Assembly (NCBI GenBank): GCA_964036045.1
Contig: OZ038378.1
Span: forward strand, 76,260,001-76,324,000
DNA length: 64,000 nt
Direction: 5' to 3'
Origin: Eutreptiella sp. 'Long Island Sound 2002'
Lineage: Eukaryota; Protista; Euglenida
A program made the translations under genes and the position numbers. A model generated the notes under the pieces. It made no database searches, was not told the DNA's origin, and was given only the letters and a program-made list of their open reading frames with translations. Below, piece after piece: positions 61,001 to 64,000 of this stretch (positions are counted from its first letter, which is position 1; each line of letters starts with the position of its first letter).

Positions 61001-62080
61001 GCACCCCTTATTGTGTTTGGTCCCAAAAATGATGGTGGTCAAATACCTGCTGCATTTGAATGGCCACGACAGTGCACATGCTCACTTGATTCACCTCTAT
61101 GCACTACATGGCATTGATTACAATCAATCTATCGAGCCACCGCGCAAGGAGAAGATTGGCAGGGTACAACTTTATTTCCTTGCCCACAAGGATGTGGCCA
61201 TTCATTTACCCCGCAAGGCTATTTGAAAATGCATGTGCTCAAATGCAAGCACCGTAGCTTCCCCGATGATGCGTGTACCCAAGGTTCCTTAAATCTGCAA
61301 CACCCCGTACCACAACCAATGAAGATTCTACTACTCATAGCTCATCGCTTACAACGTTGGTGATCGAAAACGTGTTCTGTACACGGCAACAGGACAAAGG
61401 CGACTTTAATGCAGCTGCAAACCTTGCAAGGGAGATGCTAAACCCCCGCCCCCAAAATAGGAACCGGTGCTTATTTTTGGTACAATTGCTGGCGGTAGCT
61501 GGGCGGGTTCTAATTTTTTCGCGGGCGGTTCCTTTTGCGTTTGACACCTCCTCCTGCCTTCGGAAAAAATGGTGACGTGTCCTGCATGCTGGTTGGGGAT
61601 GCAGCCAAACCAGATTGGACGCCCAAAGCCAAATGCAATATCTCTGATAACATAGTGTTTGCCCGTTTGAAGGAATCAACCAGATTTGTAGGAGAGTACC
61701 TCGACACAGATTTCAAGTTCCTGTTCAGCGATAATTATGCTAATATACTTACCACAGAGGTGGAGCCTAAGTTGAAATGCAAAGGAATGTCAGAGACAGA
61801 CCGGTGTTGGTGCCACGCATTGTCGCCAAGGCTCACAGCTGAACCATCAGTGCTGGCAGTGCCAAGCGACAGGTATGGTGAGCATAACCTGGCATACCAA
61901 GAATACCCGCCCAAAACAGCCATTTTGCCACATGTGCCTAGTCGTTCCGTGTGCCCATGGGATATGAAAAAATGAGTTTAGCACATGAAAATAGGGGGGG
62001 GGGGGGTCAAAAAACCAGAAAACCAATTTCATACAGCCACACCTATTTGTGGCAATCTACACTTTTTGAGGTATTTGGCA

Positions 62081-62174
62081 GTATACTCGAAGTATTGGAG
62101 AAGTATTCTTGCCGTATACTTCGGAGTATACGGCCGTATACTCGGAAGTATACGGCCGTACACTCGGAGTATAC
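62081..62174. repeat. GTATAC-core palindromic tandem repeats
   Basis: CCGTATACTTCGGAGTATACGGCCGTATACTCGGAAGTATACGG; about 22-bp self-complementary units. Confidence 0.85.
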
Positions 62175-62434
62175 AAGGACTTTCTGCCTCCCAACCATGC
62201 CACCATTCTCATCACCTACCCCCCCCCCCCCTTGCACGTACTCATGACCCTCCAACCCCCAAACACATTGTACACACAAAAGAGCACCATATGAGCAAAG
62301 CAGAAGAACACAAGAAGCATCCTTGTATGACGTCCCATCCGAAATGTCAAATGTGATCCACTTCCGCATGATACATATACCTAATATACATACTTCTGCA
62401 TATTGCACATCATCTCATATCACATGATATATAC

Positions 62435-63310
62435 CTACAAGTGCTTTGGTGCACGATGCTTCTTCCGCATGTGTTGCATGCCAAACCTGATCCCCTCTCT
62501 ACCCAAACCCTTTTCCCCGAACCACAACCGGATGCCCCAATCAAGGGCATCCAGGTGCAGAGCATGCCTTAGTCCCCATCGGGTGACATAAGGCTTGCTC
62601 AGCTTCAACCCTTGAAAACAATGGCGGATGTCCTTTTTAAAACTTTTGTTCCTCCATTCCGTGGGAATGGAGGAAAACTTATTGAAATTCCCCCACCTTT
62701 GGAGGTGTGCCCCACTGTGGCACACCACCCAATGCACCCAAACCGGAACACTCCACCCCAACGCCCCCCATGACCTGGTGAATTGTGTAACCATGCATGC
62801 ATAAGGTTGGCGTTGATCCATGGGAACATGACCCACATGGCGCCAAATCTTTTGCATATAGTAACAGGCCTGCAACATGAGTTGCAAGACGGCACTGCTT
62901 TTGAGCCACCTGTTGCCCTCCCACCTCACAACATGGGTACAATACATTGCAACAATGCGCACCAACTCGGCCTGCAACTCAGGTGTTCAAAAAAAAAGCG
63001 GGAGGCGTTAATGTCGAGAGTGTGTTCCTTCTCTTTCGAGGGAGCACGCATCACTCTCTCAGCCACAGGAATGTGCTTCGCCTCTTGGCGGGGGTTAGAA
63101 ATGAAATGGGACACGGCAGACAGACATCTCGTGGCAGTAACTCATGTGACATACAACGTTCGCCATGTCCGGAGCACGACCCACCAAAGCCGCGGTCAGG
63201 CTTGGAGCTTTCCCTCCCGTCGATGTTGGACACGGACGCGTGGCGCACGGTCGCCGCCACGAGTAAGGCAGGCCAGCGGCTACCATAGTCCATCATAATC
63301 TCGGCACACG
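62435..63310 (-). pseudogene. RAG1/Transib-like DDE transposase (lineage C), frameshifted
   Basis: CRDYDGLW/VAAGLP (D..G+9 across a 1-nt frameshift), APDMANV, and WVHWVVCHSGAHLQRWGNFNKFSSIPTEWRNK with H-x4-H, G at +9, E at +20. Confidence 0.65.
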
Positions 63311-64000
63311 GCTGCCGGGCGATAACCCTCCAACACTGGCACAGGGGCACCACCTAGGTTGGGACACGACCAGTCCGCCCTCCACCGCAAGTGGGTGGGT
63401 GGGCGGGCAGAAAGTAAAAACACACTGCCTGAGAGGGGAAGAGGGGGAGGTAAACCAACGGTGACAAGCCCCGTGAGTTTACCACAGGCAAGAAGCAAAA
63501 AGCAAATCTGGCAGACAGACATCTCGTGGTTTATCTTTCTTCAGTAAAAGCGCCAGGACCAAGCTGCCTCACGCAGAAATGCTCCCGGGGTGGGAGGGGT
63601 TGGGGTGGATAGGATCCGCGCGAGGGGATACACGTGAAAACACACCACTGTCAGCGTTCAGGCTGTCGTGGGGCGGGTGATACCCTGATCATCATAACAA
63701 TACTGCACCCCCCGACAATCGCACAGGCCAAATGCGGCCCTCACCGAAGACCGGCGCACGTACACCGCGCCGTACCCTCACGGGCGTACTGCACAGCCCC
63801 AGAGCGCATTCACGTGGCGCAAGGCGCTACGCAGCGGACAGCCACGGCACCCCAGCGCCACCGGTGGGCCTCCCGCATGCTAAGGCCGAAAGAATTTATG
63901 CCACCCAGCGCACCAACAACAGGCCCCCTTGGATCCACAAATACGGGCGGTCACCGCCCAGTTGTTTATGCGCAAACACGGACAGGGTCACTTCGCGCAC

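Overview
Repeat-saturated eukaryotic nuclear DNA with canonical GT-AG introns; the taxon cannot be determined from the sequence. All analysis was by eye, with no database searches. Only one host gene is recognisable: a TMEM115-like membrane protein on the minus strand (three exons, 31653-34522). The rest is nested, mostly decayed mobile DNA: L1-like and RNase H-bearing non-LTR retrotransposons, DIRS-like RT/RNase H remnants, a PIF1-helicase (Helitron-like) remnant and several MITEs. A 14.6-kb tandem array (39104-53700, period about 3.4 kb) is built from a PHD-finger-carrying foldback element; diagnostic SNPs place its founding crossover in a 75-bp window. The most interesting signal is at least three distinct lineages of decayed DDE transposases with RAG1/Transib-type motif spacing (D-x8-G in all, H-x4-H-x19-E in two). 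One lineage is an intron-containing family with four copies whose non-coding DNA is enriched in a subfamily-specific palindrome (TTAA or CTAG). Its CTAG-rich introns fold back on themselves, and two of them are more alike than their flanking exons.
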